Notes: a model not told the origin generated them from the letters alone. Shown: positions 28,814 through 39,600, counted from the first letter of the stretch. The stretch: DNA of 43,437 nt from Acaryochloridaceae cyanobacterium VAR_48_metabat_390 (GCA_031422435.1 JANPLU010000032.1:1-43437); one strand, 5' to 3'. A program made the numbers and translations.

Positions 28814-29377
28814 ATGAAAACCACACCTTTTTTTGCCATCGTCTCTCTAACCCTTGCAAGCGTTAACTTTGGCACCGCTCCTGCTATGGCTGAAGAAGTC
28901 TCCTGCCGAGGAACCCTAGGTGCTATCACCGTTGACAACGTTAAAGTGCCTTCTGGCGCAACCTGCACCCTCAACGGTACCGTCGTTCAGGGTACTGTTA
29001 AAGTCGAATCTAATGCAACTTTAAATGCTAGAGGTGCGCGCATCACTGGGAATGTCCAAGGTGAAAATGCTGCCGCTGTCAATGTTTTGTCCAGTTCAAC
29101 TGTTGGGGGCAGTGTACAGGTTAAACAAGGCCGTGCGGCAAATATTTCAGCATCCACCATTAGCGGAGATGTTCAGTTTGATGCGAATCGCGGTCTACTA
29201 GTTGCAAACAGCAACCGGATTGGCGGCAGCTTGCAGGCTTTTCAAAATACTGGGGGGCTTCGCATCAGAACCAACCGCATTAACGGCAATCTGCAATGTA
29301 CAGGAAACCGACCCGCGCCCCTCGGCGGCGGCAATATTGTTCAGGGTAGCAAAGAAAATCAGTGCGCTCGACTGTAA
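28814..29377 (+). CDS. Secreted Gly/Asn/Val-rich putative beta-solenoid protein
   Basis: Signal peptide ending ..APAMA|EE; recurring [IV]xG[NSD][VL]Q units about every 21-22 aa; four Cys near the termini. Confidence 0.8.
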   Translation: MKTTPFFAIVSLTLASVNFGTAPAMAEEVSCRGTLGAITVDNVKVPSGATCTLNGTVVQGTVKVESNATLNARGARITGNVQGENAAAVNVLSSSTVGGSVQVKQGRAANISASTISGDVQFDANRGLLVANSNRIGGSLQAFQNTGGLRIRTNRINGNLQCTGNRPAPLGGGNIVQGSKENQCARL

Positions 29378-29392
29378 GTCTTTGACACCAAC

Positions 29393-29450
29393 TTTTTATA
29401 AAAATCGCCTGTTCTCAGCCTAGACTGAGAACAGGCAATTTTTATAAAAA
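29393..29450. terminator. 26-bp near-perfect inverted repeat (bidirectional terminator-like)
   Basis: TTTTTATAAAAATCGCCTGTTCTCAG-cctaga-CTGAGAACAGGCAATTTTTATAAAAA, 25 of 26 positions paired. Confidence 0.7.
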
Positions 29451-29793
29451 ATAATAAATACTGGTTATGAGCATCATAATTAGGCGCACTCAAATCAATC
29501 AGTTTGAATGTACCTAAATCGTTTAGAAAGTTAAATATCGGGACTCATAATTTATCGAACTGCACCTCGTAAGGCTGAAAACCTCTGTATCTTAGAAGTT
29601 GAACTGAAAGCTCAAACGCTTAATTCTGTGCTCGACTTGTGAACACTATCATCTAAAAAGTTATGAATGCACTAATGCATTCTTTAGTAGTGACGCCATG
29701 TAGAACTGAGATGTATCTTGATGCCCTACCCGCTTTGTTTCTCCACAATTTTCAAAGCCTTGAAACTCAAGATGACTGCCAAACTGTTCTGAA

Positions 29794-31245
29794 ATGGTTT
29801 TAACGTCCTGGTTTATGATTAACTTCTCCACATTCACACGGCTATGGAGTCAGGCTCGCACTCAAATTCTAGTCTGGTATGCCATTTTGACGATGAGTTC
29901 CACAGTAGGAGCTATTCTTGCTATTCGCTACACCCTATTTTTAGAATTAGAAGATCGGATTGAAGCCTCATTGAGGCAAGAAATAGAAGAGTTTGAGCGT
30001 CTTAAAGCAGATCGCAATCTCGACAAAGGAAAACCGTTGGCTGAAGACATTGCCACGTTGTTCGATGTTTTTTTGTCGCACAACGTGCCAGGAGATGATG
30101 AGTTTTTTTTCACAGTCCTAGATCAACGTTTCTATGACGCTAGCTCTAGAGCGTTGCCTCAGATATTGCAACCTGACAGTCCACTGGTCAAACGCTGGGA
30201 ACAAACAACTCAAAAAACCTTTGGTCAAGATATCACTTCTAATGGAACCGTGGTTTACCTAACTCATCCTGTCAGCATTAAGGGTCAGGTTAAGGGCTTG
30301 GTGGTCGTTGCCCATATTACAACTGGAGAACGCCAAGAGGTTAGTGATGTGATTATCGTGGTCACCCAAGTCATGCTAATGGTATTGGTGATTGCATCCA
30401 TCCTGGCTTGGCTAACGGCAGGACGAATTTTAGAGCCGTTACAGTCCCTAACCAAAGCTGCACGCATTGTTAGCGAATCTGACTTAACTCAGCGTATTGC
30501 AGTTCAAGGGAGTGGTGAAGTTTCAGATCTGACCCATACCTTTAATGACATGATGGACCGCCTTGAGAAGGCTTTTACCAGTCAGCGTAAATTCACCAGC
30601 GATCTAGGGCATGAGCTGCGAACCCCCATCACAATTATTCGCGGACATCTTGAACTAATGGGCGATGACCCCCAGGAACAACATGAAACCTTAACCTTGG
30701 TCATAGACGAATTAGACCGTATGAGTGGTTTAGTGAATGACTTGATTTTACTTTCCAAAGCAGAGCAGCCTTCTTTTTTACGGTTAAAATCCATTGCTCT
30801 AGACAGTTTTACAACCGAACTCTATGCCAAGGTTCAGGCTCTTGCACCGAGACAATGGCAGCTAGATGCAGTTGCCCATGGACAAATCTGCTGCGATCCC
30901 TATCGTCTTACTCAAGCCGTAATAAACTTAGCGCACAACGCCACTCAGCATACAACCCCAGCAGATCGAATTAGCTTGGGTACGGTTATTGCTGATGGAC
31001 AGGTAAGAATTTGGATTCAAGATACGGGAGAAGGAATTGCGCCAGAGGATCAGCATCGTATTTTCAAACGATTCACCCGTGCCCATCACAAATTGCGAAC
31101 CTCTGACGGATCTGGCTTAGGCTTAGCTATCGTTGAGTCGATTGCCCAAGCTCACGGTGGCAACGTCCAACTCCAGAGCAGTTTGGGAACCGGATCGACC
31201 TTTACCCTCGTCTTACCCATATATGATCCTTTAAAAAAACAATAA
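29794..31245 (+). CDS. Two-component sensor histidine kinase (2 TM, HAMP, HisKA, HATPase)
   Basis: GHELRTPITIIRG, NLAHNA, DTGEGI, GSGLGLAIV; exact start uncertain. Confidence 0.93.
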   Translation: MVLTSWFMINFSTFTRLWSQARTQILVWYAILTMSSTVGAILAIRYTLFLELEDRIEASLRQEIEEFERLKADRNLDKGKPLAEDIATLFDVFLSHNVPGDDEFFFTVLDQRFYDASSRALPQILQPDSPLVKRWEQTTQKTFGQDITSNGTVVYLTHPVSIKGQVKGLVVVAHITTGERQEVSDVIIVVTQVMLMVLVIASILAWLTAGRILEPLQSLTKAARIVSESDLTQRIAVQGSGEVSDLTHTFNDMMDRLEKAFTSQRKFTSDLGHELRTPITIIRGHLELMGDDPQEQHETLTLVIDELDRMSGLVNDLILLSKAEQPSFLRLKSIALDSFTTELYAKVQALAPRQWQLDAVAHGQICCDPYRLTQAVINLAHNATQHTTPADRISLGTVIADGQVRIWIQDTGEGIAPEDQHRIFKRFTRAHHKLRTSDGSGLGLAIVESIAQAHGGNVQLQSSLGTGSTFTLVLPIYDPLKKQ

Positions 31246-31914
31246 ATGCCTCACATCTTAATTGCTGAAGATGAAGCAAGGATTGCCGCTTTTTTAGAGA
31301 AAGGACTGCGATCCCATGGGTTTACAACCAGTGTAGCTAGCAATTCCGATGCAATACTGCAACTGGCTCAGTATGGCGAATGCGATCTGCTGCTTTTAGA
31401 CCTGGGTCTTCCTGGCAAAGACGGTCTTGAAATTCTAGAAGAGCTGCGGGGGCAGGGCGTAAAGCTCCCCATCATTATTTTGAGCGCACGGGACAAGATT
31501 GAATCTAAACTTGCGGGGCTAGAGAATGGTGCTGATGACTATGTCACTAAGCCGTTTCAGTTTACAGAATTATTAGCTCGTGTGCGTTTACGTCTCAAAA
31601 CGCAGCCAGAATCTCCCAATACAGATCCGAATCTGCTGGTTTCTGGCAGCATTACCCTAGATTTACGAACACGCAAAGTGTGTGTTGGATCTCAAGAAAT
31701 TGAGCTTCCCACCCGTGAATTCATCCTCGCTGAAACGTTCTTGCGACACCCAGGCCAGGTGCTGAGTCGTGCCCAATTGCTAGACCGTGTTTGGGGCTAT
31801 GACTATGATCCAGGCTCTAATGTAGTGGATGTCTATGTCGGTTACCTTCGCAAAAAAATGGGTAACAATTTAATTGAAACCGTCAGAGGCATGGGCTATC
31901 GTCTCCGAAGTTAA
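31246..31914 (+). CDS. OmpR/PhoB-family response regulator
   Basis: AEDE, DLGLP, GADDYVTKPF; winged helix VWGYDYDPGSNVVDVYVGYLRKK..ETVRGMGY. Abuts the kinase stop codon. Confidence 0.95.
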   Translation: MPHILIAEDEARIAAFLEKGLRSHGFTTSVASNSDAILQLAQYGECDLLLLDLGLPGKDGLEILEELRGQGVKLPIIILSARDKIESKLAGLENGADDYVTKPFQFTELLARVRLRLKTQPESPNTDPNLLVSGSITLDLRTRKVCVGSQEIELPTREFILAETFLRHPGQVLSRAQLLDRVWGYDYDPGSNVVDVYVGYLRKKMGNNLIETVRGMGYRLRS

Positions 31915-32020
31915 AAATTTCACTACCGGAGTATAAGGTCTCCTTTTAGCTTTATTTTGCTTAGGGTTGCCCATTAGCCTTTTGTTTCAGCTTAAAGGAG
32001 ATCAGCGCAAAGCATCATGG

Positions 32021-32488
32021 CTAATCCCGATCGCGGGTTTTCATAAAGCGTTCCACATCGCGCTTATCCTGCTTTTCTTTCAAAGAATCGCGCTTGTCGT
32101 GGACCTTCTTGCCTCGTGCCAGGGCGATCGCCACCTTTACCCAGCCGCGCTTAAAGTACATCTTGAGGGGGATCACCGTTAGCCCCTTTTGCTCCGTTTG
32201 ACCAATCAGCTTGCGAATTTCTTTGTCATGCAGCAGCAGCTTGCGGTTCCGCATCGGCTCATGGTTAAAAAACTGACTGACGGTATTTTGAGGCGAAATA
32301 TGCACATTCAGCAAAAACGCCTCGCCACCGCGAATGCGGACAAACCCATCCTTTAGATTTACCTTGCCTGCACGCAGAGACTTCACTTCAGTCCCCGTTA
32401 GCTCAATACCCGCCTCGTAGACCTCCATGATCTCGTACTGGAAGCGGGCTTGGCGATTGTCTGTAATAATTTTTTGGGCATCACTCAT
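32021..32488 (-). CDS. smpB: SsrA-binding protein SmpB (intact copy)
   Basis: NRQARFQY, EAGIELTGTEVKSLR, RKLLLH, GKKVHDKR. Confidence 0.97.
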   Translation of the reverse strand: MSDAQKIITDNRQARFQYEIMEVYEAGIELTGTEVKSLRAGKVNLKDGFVRIRGGEAFLLNVHISPQNTVSQFFNHEPMRNRKLLLHDKEIRKLIGQTEQKGLTVIPLKMYFKRGWVKVAIALARGKKVHDKRDSLKEKQDKRDVERFMKTRDRD

Positions 32489-32621
32489 AGGTCTATTTTA
32501 GCCTGCTGATGCCATAACTCTTAACCTAGACCGCTCCAAATGCATAAAAATGAACAAAGTTGAGCTGATAGCATAAAGACGAGCTATGTGAACAGTTTCT
32601 TTATCCTAAATACTGCGCTGA

Positions 32622-34079
32622 ATGTCCACCATGCCCCTCTCTCGCAAGTCTTCTCCAGCCGCAGCCCATCCGTGGCTAAAACGCCTAGATGCGCTGATTG
32701 CGCTGGTGGCCTTGGCGAACTTTGGTTTAGTGCTGTTTGATGTCAGCTATATCCGATTTCGGGATTTATACTTTCGCTATTTGCCGCAGCTCACCCAGCG
32801 CTATGACTGGGTCAAAGGCATTGAACCCTACAGAGATACCGATCAATATCTAACAATAGTGGATCGGCTGCAAAAGTTGATTGCTCAGGAAGGACTCGCC
32901 AGCCCACAAGTCAGTCAAACGCTGCTCGATCTCAAGGATCGCAGCACCAGCATGATCCAAGAAGATCCGTTTCGGGTTGCCAATAAATCAGGGAATCTCG
33001 AAAAGCTCAAAAACCGAATGCGACAGCATATGGATCTGAAGTCTTCTAGAGAAGCATTTGGGGCTTTTTGGAGCCTCAAACACCTCAATGCGCAAAATTG
33101 GCAGACAGAGCTAGCCTATTTTAATAAAGACTTTCGGCCCTTAATGGCAGCAAACTACTATCGCCCTATTGATGAAAGCGGCGATTTTGTTGATCGCTTT
33201 TGGCTCATTGATATTGGCTTTGTCGGGCTGTTTGCAGCGGATCTGCTGGTGCGCGTGCTGTGGATTCGCCAGTGCCATCGCACAAGCTGGCGAGATGCGG
33301 TGCTGTGGCGCTGGTATGACCTGCTGCTGCTGGCTCCGGCTTGGCGCATCGTCAGAATTATTCCCGTTGCCATTCGTCTGCATCAGGCTAGGTTTATTAA
33401 TCTGCAAAATATCCAAGATCAGGTCAATCGCAACCTTGCCGAAAATATTGCGGGGGAAGTGACAGAATTGGTCTTAATTCAGTCCTTTAGCGTGGTACAG
33501 GGGAGCATTAGGCAAGGTGCGCTGCGCCAGTGGCTTAAGGCTTCTTCAACAGTCAGCCCTACGATGGTCGATACCAATGGCGTGGATGAGCTGCAGGTTA
33601 TCAGCCGTCGCTTGGTTGAGGTGGTTCAGGCCGTCTTGCCCAAGACCCAGCCAGATATTGAGGTGCTGGTGCGCCACGGGGTACAGCAGGCGATCGCCCA
33701 GATGCCCCTTTACAAAACCATTCAGGCATTTCCTGGCTTCAACGAGCTTGCCGACCAAATGTCCAAGCAGATTACGCACCAGGCATTGCAAATGCTCTCT
33801 GGAACGCTCAACAACGCCGTGACCGATGAAGTAACGCCAAAGTTGGTGCAGCAGTTAGGGCAGCATTTCTTAGCCAACCTGCAGGCAGAGCTAAATCAAA
33901 AGCAAACTCTCGGTGAAGTTGAGACGCTTTTGGCAGACTGGCTAGAGGAGCTGAAATTAACCGTGCTTCAAAGTTTTGAGGATCAAAGCCAGCAGCAAAT
34001 AATTGAAGCAGCAGAGACCGCTCGCTGGCTGAGGGAAAACAGCCCTGTCGAAGTCTTACCCCGACGGCTGCCCTCTTAA
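32622..34079 (+). CDS. Hypothetical membrane protein with an ion-transport-like TM segment and a helical C-terminus
   Basis: 485-aa ORF; N-terminal TM; segment IDIGFVGLFAADLLVR..WYDLLLLAPAWRIVRIIPVAIRL. Confidence 0.75.
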   Translation: MSTMPLSRKSSPAAAHPWLKRLDALIALVALANFGLVLFDVSYIRFRDLYFRYLPQLTQRYDWVKGIEPYRDTDQYLTIVDRLQKLIAQEGLASPQVSQTLLDLKDRSTSMIQEDPFRVANKSGNLEKLKNRMRQHMDLKSSREAFGAFWSLKHLNAQNWQTELAYFNKDFRPLMAANYYRPIDESGDFVDRFWLIDIGFVGLFAADLLVRVLWIRQCHRTSWRDAVLWRWYDLLLLAPAWRIVRIIPVAIRLHQARFINLQNIQDQVNRNLAENIAGEVTELVLIQSFSVVQGSIRQGALRQWLKASSTVSPTMVDTNGVDELQVISRRLVEVVQAVLPKTQPDIEVLVRHGVQQAIAQMPLYKTIQAFPGFNELADQMSKQITHQALQMLSGTLNNAVTDEVTPKLVQQLGQHFLANLQAELNQKQTLGEVETLLADWLEELKLTVLQSFEDQSQQQIIEAAETARWLRENSPVEVLPRRLPS

Positions 34080-34162
34080 CGGCAGCCACGCCCTAAAGTT
34101 TGGTATAGTCGTTGAGTAGAAGAGAAATTTTTTCGCCTTCTATCACTGTTTATTGATTTCTT

Positions 34163-34188
34163 GAGAGTGGGTGCAGCCCACTTTTTTT
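34163..34188 (+). promoter_or_regulatory. rimP leader hairpin / attenuator-like terminator
   Basis: GAGAGTGGG-tgcag-CCCACTTTTTTT just upstream of rimP, matching the widely conserved rimP leader. Confidence 0.75.
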
Positions 34189-34204
34189 ATTGCCGTCTAT
34201 CCCC

Positions 34205-34672
34205 ATGACCCATCCCCTGATTCCCCAAATTTTGGAACTTGCCAATCCAGTTGCTCATCAGCTCAATCTAGAGATCGTTAATGCGGTCTTCCACACCAGT
34301 CAGCACCCGCCTATCTTGCGAATTGACGTTCGCAATTTGTCGGCCGATACGGGTCTTGAGGACTGTGCCACCATGAGCCGCGCCCTAGAGGAAGCGCTAG
34401 ATGCAGCGGAACAGTCTATGCCGGATGCCTACGTGCTTGAGGTTTCTAGCCCTGGTCTTTCAGAATTCCTGAGCAGCGATCGCGAGTTCACAACCTTCCG
34501 AGGGTTTCCGGTGATCGTCACAGCCAGCGAGCCTCACCAAGGTCGCACCACCTGGGAGGGGAGCCTAGTGGGTCGAGATGAAGTCGCAGTTCGGCTCAAT
34601 CAGAGGGGACGGGCAATCGCCATTCCAAGGGTGCTAGTCAGCCAAGTCCAGCTCCAGCAAAGCGAAGAATAG
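34205..34672 (+). CDS. rimP: Ribosome maturation factor RimP
   Basis: MTHPLIPQI, LRIDV, GLEDCATMSR, YVLEVSSPG, FRGFPV; upstream of nusA. Confidence 0.95.
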   Translation: MTHPLIPQILELANPVAHQLNLEIVNAVFHTSQHPPILRIDVRNLSADTGLEDCATMSRALEEALDAAEQSMPDAYVLEVSSPGLSEFLSSDREFTTFRGFPVIVTASEPHQGRTTWEGSLVGRDEVAVRLNQRGRAIAIPRVLVSQVQLQQSEE

Positions 34673-34748
34673 AGTCTAGCCGCGAACTTCAAACTTAAGT
34701 TTTTCAATTTAGTTTTTCACATCAACACAGCAGTAGGGAGAGTCACCG

Positions 34749-36041
34749 ATGTCTATGGTTCGCTTGCCGGGTCTAGCCGAAATGATCAGCACCATTAGCC
34801 GGGAGCGGAATCTTCCACAGCACGCCGTTCAAGAAGCGCTGCAAGAGGCGCTGCTCAAGGGCTATGAGCGCTATCGCCGCACCCTCGAAATGGACAGCCA
34901 AGACCCCTTTGACGAGCATTACTTTGACAACTTTGACGTAGAGCTAGACACCGAAGACGAAGGGTTCAGAGTGCTGTCTACCAAGGCGATCGTAGAAGAA
35001 GTCGATAACAGCGATCATCAAATTGCCCTTATTGAAGTTCAAGAAGTAGCCCCAGAAGCGCAGTTGGGCGATACCGTTGTGCTTGATGTCACCCCAGAAC
35101 AGGGCGAATTTGGTCGCATGGCTGCGATTCAAACCAAGCAGGTGCTGTCTCAAAAGCTTCGAGATCAGCAGCGTAAGCTGGTTCAAGAAGAGTATCAAGA
35201 CCTTGAAAAAACGGTTTTGCAGGCGCGGGTGTTGCGATTTGAGCGACGTTCCGTCATCATGTCCGTCGCCAGCGGATTCGGTCAACCTGAAGTAGAGGCC
35301 GAACTACCCAAACGAGAGCAGCTCCCCAACGACAACTATCGCGCCAACGCGACCTTTAAAGTCTTTCTAAAGCGCGTCGTGGACGGTCCCCATCGTGGGC
35401 CGCAGCTCATCGTCTCTAGAGCCGATGCGGGATTAGTTGTCTACCTCTTTGCTAACGAAGTCCCAGAAATTGAAGACGAAGTAGTACGAATTATTGCCGT
35501 CGCCCGTGAAGCTAGCCCTCCCTCACGCCATGTGGGACCTCGCACCAAAATTGCCGTAGACACCCTAGAGCGAGACGTTGACCCCGTTGGAGCCTGTATT
35601 GGTGCCAGAGGCTCACGGATTCAGGCCGTGGTGAACGAGCTACGGGGCGAAAAAATTGATGTGATTCGCTGGTCGCCAGACCCATCTACCTATATTGCCA
35701 ACGCCCTCAGCCCTGCTCGCGTCGATGAAGTTCGCCTCGTCGATACCGAAGACCGTCAGGTACATGTGCTTGTGCCGGAAGATCAGCTAAGCTTGGCGAT
35801 CGGCAAAGAAGGCCAAAACGTGCGTCTAGCCGCTCGTTTAACGGGGTGGAAAATTGACATTAAAGATACTGCCAAATATGACTACGAAGCAGAATTGGCA
35901 AACTACGCACCTGTACCAGAAAACTTTGAATCTGACGAGACAGAACTGGAAGAATCTCCTGACGAAACAGAAACAGAAGTAGCAACATCAGCAGAACTTG
36001 AAAAAGAGGCAGAAGAAGACACAGAAGGTATGGAGTCGTAG
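34749..36041 (+). CDS. nusA: Transcription termination/antitermination factor NusA
   Basis: FGRMAAIQTKQV, EVPEI, RTKIAV, DPVGACIGARGSRI, LAIGKEGQNVRLAARLTGWKIDI. Confidence 0.97.
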   Translation: MSMVRLPGLAEMISTISRERNLPQHAVQEALQEALLKGYERYRRTLEMDSQDPFDEHYFDNFDVELDTEDEGFRVLSTKAIVEEVDNSDHQIALIEVQEVAPEAQLGDTVVLDVTPEQGEFGRMAAIQTKQVLSQKLRDQQRKLVQEEYQDLEKTVLQARVLRFERRSVIMSVASGFGQPEVEAELPKREQLPNDNYRANATFKVFLKRVVDGPHRGPQLIVSRADAGLVVYLFANEVPEIEDEVVRIIAVAREASPPSRHVGPRTKIAVDTLERDVDPVGACIGARGSRIQAVVNELRGEKIDVIRWSPDPSTYIANALSPARVDEVRLVDTEDRQVHVLVPEDQLSLAIGKEGQNVRLAARLTGWKIDIKDTAKYDYEAELANYAPVPENFESDETELEESPDETETEVATSAELEKEAEEDTEGMES

Positions 36042-36123
36042 CACACAACATAATTGTTGAGCCTACACTTTTAAAGTAAGCTCTTGTATTGCTGTCTTTA
36101 GCCCCTTAGCCTTCTTATTTGTT

Positions 36124-36393
36124 ATGGAGCCAAACTACAGACGGTGTATTAGCTGCCGTATCACGGCTCCAAAGGCTCAATTTTTGCGGGTTGTAAGGGA
36201 GTCAAATGGCTGTATAACCCTCAATAAAGGGGCGGGTCGATCTGCCTACATCTGCCCAAACTCAGACTGCATCAGCCTAGCTCAAAAGAAAAAGCGCTTA
36301 GAGCGCGCCTTAAAATCTGCCATTGCACCAGAACTCTTAGCAGAACTTCTGAGCGGTTTGACAAAACACTCCGAAGGACAGAGTCCCCGTTAA
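36124..36393 (+). CDS. ylxR: YlxR (DUF448) family RNA-binding protein
   Basis: RRCISCR, LRVVR, GRSAYIC, LERALK; located between nusA and infB. Confidence 0.92.
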   Translation: MEPNYRRCISCRITAPKAQFLRVVRESNGCITLNKGAGRSAYICPNSDCISLAQKKKRLERALKSAIAPELLAELLSGLTKHSEGQSPR

Positions 36394-36605
36394 GGCATTG
36401 GGGGACGTATTATAGGGATATGCAGACTAGATTGCAGATTAATGAGGGAGACAGTATATCGTTATCGCTTACAAGAAACTAATCAAAACTGCCTCTGCTG
36501 CAATGGGTCAGCAAGGGGGTTTTGCTTTCAGCAATCATTAAACCCAAAACCATAGAAGGCTGAACTATGTAACCAAACCACGACAACCTAAAGGAATAGA
36601 GCTGA

Positions 36606-39600
36606 ATGAGTAGTAGCAAGGTCAGAATTTACGAACTTTCAAAAGAGCTGAATTTGGATAATAAAGAAATTTTAGCGGTCTGCGATCATTTGAGCATTTC
36701 TGTCAAAAGCCACAGCAGCACCATCACTGAAGATGAAGCTGAAAAAATCCGAGGTGCTGCACCTAAATTTCAAAATGGCGGCGGCGGCAACAGCACAGCG
36801 GTTCGCAGTCCAGCGCCAGAGCCTCAAGCACCCGTAAAGCCACTCGTAATTAAAGGAAAAGAGCCAGGCAAACAGCAAATTTTAGAAGTTCGTCGCCACA
36901 AACCGATTACTGCTAACGATCCAGACTCTACCTCTAGGATGAGCGCTGCGGCTCCTACTCCGCCAAAGCCTACCGTAATGTCTCTTCAGACACCAAAGCC
37001 TACTCGGCCTTCAGCTCCAGTCTCACTTCGGCAAGATAGCGCGGCTTCCCCTTCTGGTGAAACGAAGCCTGCTGCAAAATTAGAAGTAGTGGATGCGCCT
37101 CAGCCCGTAGGCAGCAGCCTCAACGGAGAAACACCGCGATCAGCAGAAGGAAGAGCCAGCAGTGCAGTGATTATGCCTAGCTTGGCCAGCCCTCCCCCTC
37201 GAGTAGAGGTGCAAAAGCCCGTCAGTAACGTCGTTAAACCCGTACTCAGGAGCGCTCAGCCTGCTGATGGACAGCCCAGGAGAGACGCGACGCAAAGCCG
37301 ACCGTCTGCACCAGACTCGTCTGCGCGTCGGCTAAGAGATCCAGGCGATTTACACGGATCTGATGACATTTCTGATCGCTCTCCTACACCGATTCTTCTC
37401 AAAAAACCCAGTCAGCCTAGCCGACCCGTTCGCAATGGCCCGCCTGAGATTGTAGAGCATCGCAGAGAAGGTAAAGCACCTGGAGCGCCCGGAAGCGACG
37501 GCGTTGTTCCGGTGCTGCCTGGAGATGAAGACCTGAAGCTGCGACGGCCTACGGTCAGCCGACCCAAGCGGGGTAAGGCGGAAATAGAAGAAGAAGAAAT
37601 GACCGAGCTTCTAAATAAGACTCCGAAGGCGGGGACAAAGCAGAAGCGACGCACGGTCGAAGAAGATGAAGATGATGATTTAGCCGATGGGGATCTCGCC
37701 AATCAGACCACTGTGGTTGATGTGAGTCAGTCGCTGGTGCGTCCGCCAAAGCAAAAGACCGCTAAGCAAACAAGACCTGCGCCTGCGGCGGCATCCCGTC
37801 CTGGACCTCAAAAAGGCGGCAGCAGCCGTCGTCAAAGTCGGGGTCGCGATCGCGCGGCACAAGCGCAAGAGCCAGAGAAGCCTACCGTCATTTCGCTTAC
37901 CAATAACCCAACGGTTCAAGAGTTGGCAAATCTGCTGATGTTGCCAGATACGGACGTGATTAAAGTCCTGTTCTTGAAAGGGATTGCTGCCAACATCAAC
38001 CAGACCTTAGACTTACCCACCGCAAGCATGGTGGCGGAGGAGCTAGGCGTAACGGTCGAAACGATTCAAGAAGAATCAGCAGCGCGTAAGGTCACTGAGA
38101 TGATTGAGGTTGGCGACCTTGAAAGTCTTGTGCGTCGCCCGCCTGTTGTGACGATCATGGGTCACGTTGACCACGGTAAAACGACGTTACTTGACTCCAT
38201 TCGTAAAACGAAGGTCGCTCAAGGTGAGGCTGGGGGCATTACCCAGCACATCGGCGCTTACCACGTTGACCTTGAGCACAATGATCAAATGCAGCAGGTC
38301 GTGTTCTTAGACACGCCTGGTCACGAAGCCTTTACCGCCATGCGGGCGCGGGGTGCGCGGGTGACGGACATCGCCATCTTGGTGGTTGCCGCTGATGACG
38401 GGGTGCGGCCTCAGACGATTGAGGCGATTAGCCACGCTCAGGCGGCAAAAGTGCCCATTATTGTTGCCATCAACAAAATGGACAAAGAGTCAGCTCAAGT
38501 AGATCGCGTGAAGCAAGAGCTAACGGAATTTGGCCTCGTTTCTGAAGAATGGGGTGGGGACACCATTATGGTGCCGGTAAGTGCCCTTAAGGGTGAAAAC
38601 CTAGATACGCTTCTAGAGATGATTCTGCTGGTGTCTGAAGTCGAAGATCTTCAGGCTAACCCTGATCGTCCTGCCAGAGGTACGGTCATTGAAGCGAACT
38701 TGGATAAGGCAAGAGGCCCTGTTGCCACACTGCTGGTTCAAAACGGTACGCTTCGCGTGGGCGACATTATGGTGGTGGGTTCCGCCTTTGGTAAGGTGCG
38801 CGCCATGATTGATGATCGCGGCGATCGCGTGAGCGTGGCCTCTCCTTCCTTTGCGGTGGAGGTGCTGGGCCTTAACGATGTGCCAGCGGCTGGAGACGAG
38901 TTTGAAGTCTTTAGCGATGAGAAAGAGGCGCGCGCCGTGGCCTCAACGCGCTTCGATCTTCAGCGTCAGACTCGCCTACAGCAGGCCATGTCCTCTCGCC
39001 GGATTTCCTTAGGTGCGCTCTCTGATCAGGTGCGCGAGGGTGATCTAAAAGAACTCAACCTTATTCTGAAGGCTGACGTCCAGGGTTCTTTGGAAGCTAT
39101 TCTGGCCTCTTTAGAGCAGCTTCCGCAAAACGAGGTGCAGGTGAGAGTGCTGTTTTCTGCCCCGGGTGAAGTGACAGAAACCGACGTGGATCTCGCTGCG
39201 GCAAGTAATGCGGTCATTATTGGCTTCAACACCAGCTTAGCCAGCGGATCTCGACAGGCGGCAGATAAAGCCAGCGTAGACATCCGAGAATACAACATCA
39301 TCTATAAGCTCCTAGAAGACATTCAGGCTGCAATGGAAGGTCTGTTGGATCCGGAGCTGGTGGAAGAGCCGTTGGGTCAAACCGAGGTTAGAGCTGTCTT
39401 CCCCGTTGGTCGTGGAGCGGTTGCAGGCTGTTATGTGCAGTCGGGTAAACTGGTTCGCAACTGTCGGGTGCGGGTACGACGTGGAAATAACGTGGTCTTT
39501 GAAGGCATTCTAGATTCGCTCAAACGAATGAAGGATGACTCTAAAGAGGTTAACTTCGGCTATGAGTGCGGGGTTGGCATTGACAACTTCACGGAGTGGA

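Larger units (their letters stand above)
27981..32340. mobile_element. Integrase-less genomic islet bounded by direct repeats of the smpB 3' end
   Basis: 320-bp direct repeats at both ends; interior more AT-rich; no HIP1 found by eye in 28301-32020; IS remnant at one junction. Confidence 0.6.

Noticed and set aside
36606..37900. Long Pro/Ser/Arg-rich N-terminal region of IF-2
   Set aside because: Extended low-complexity N-termini are normal for cyanobacterial IF-2.
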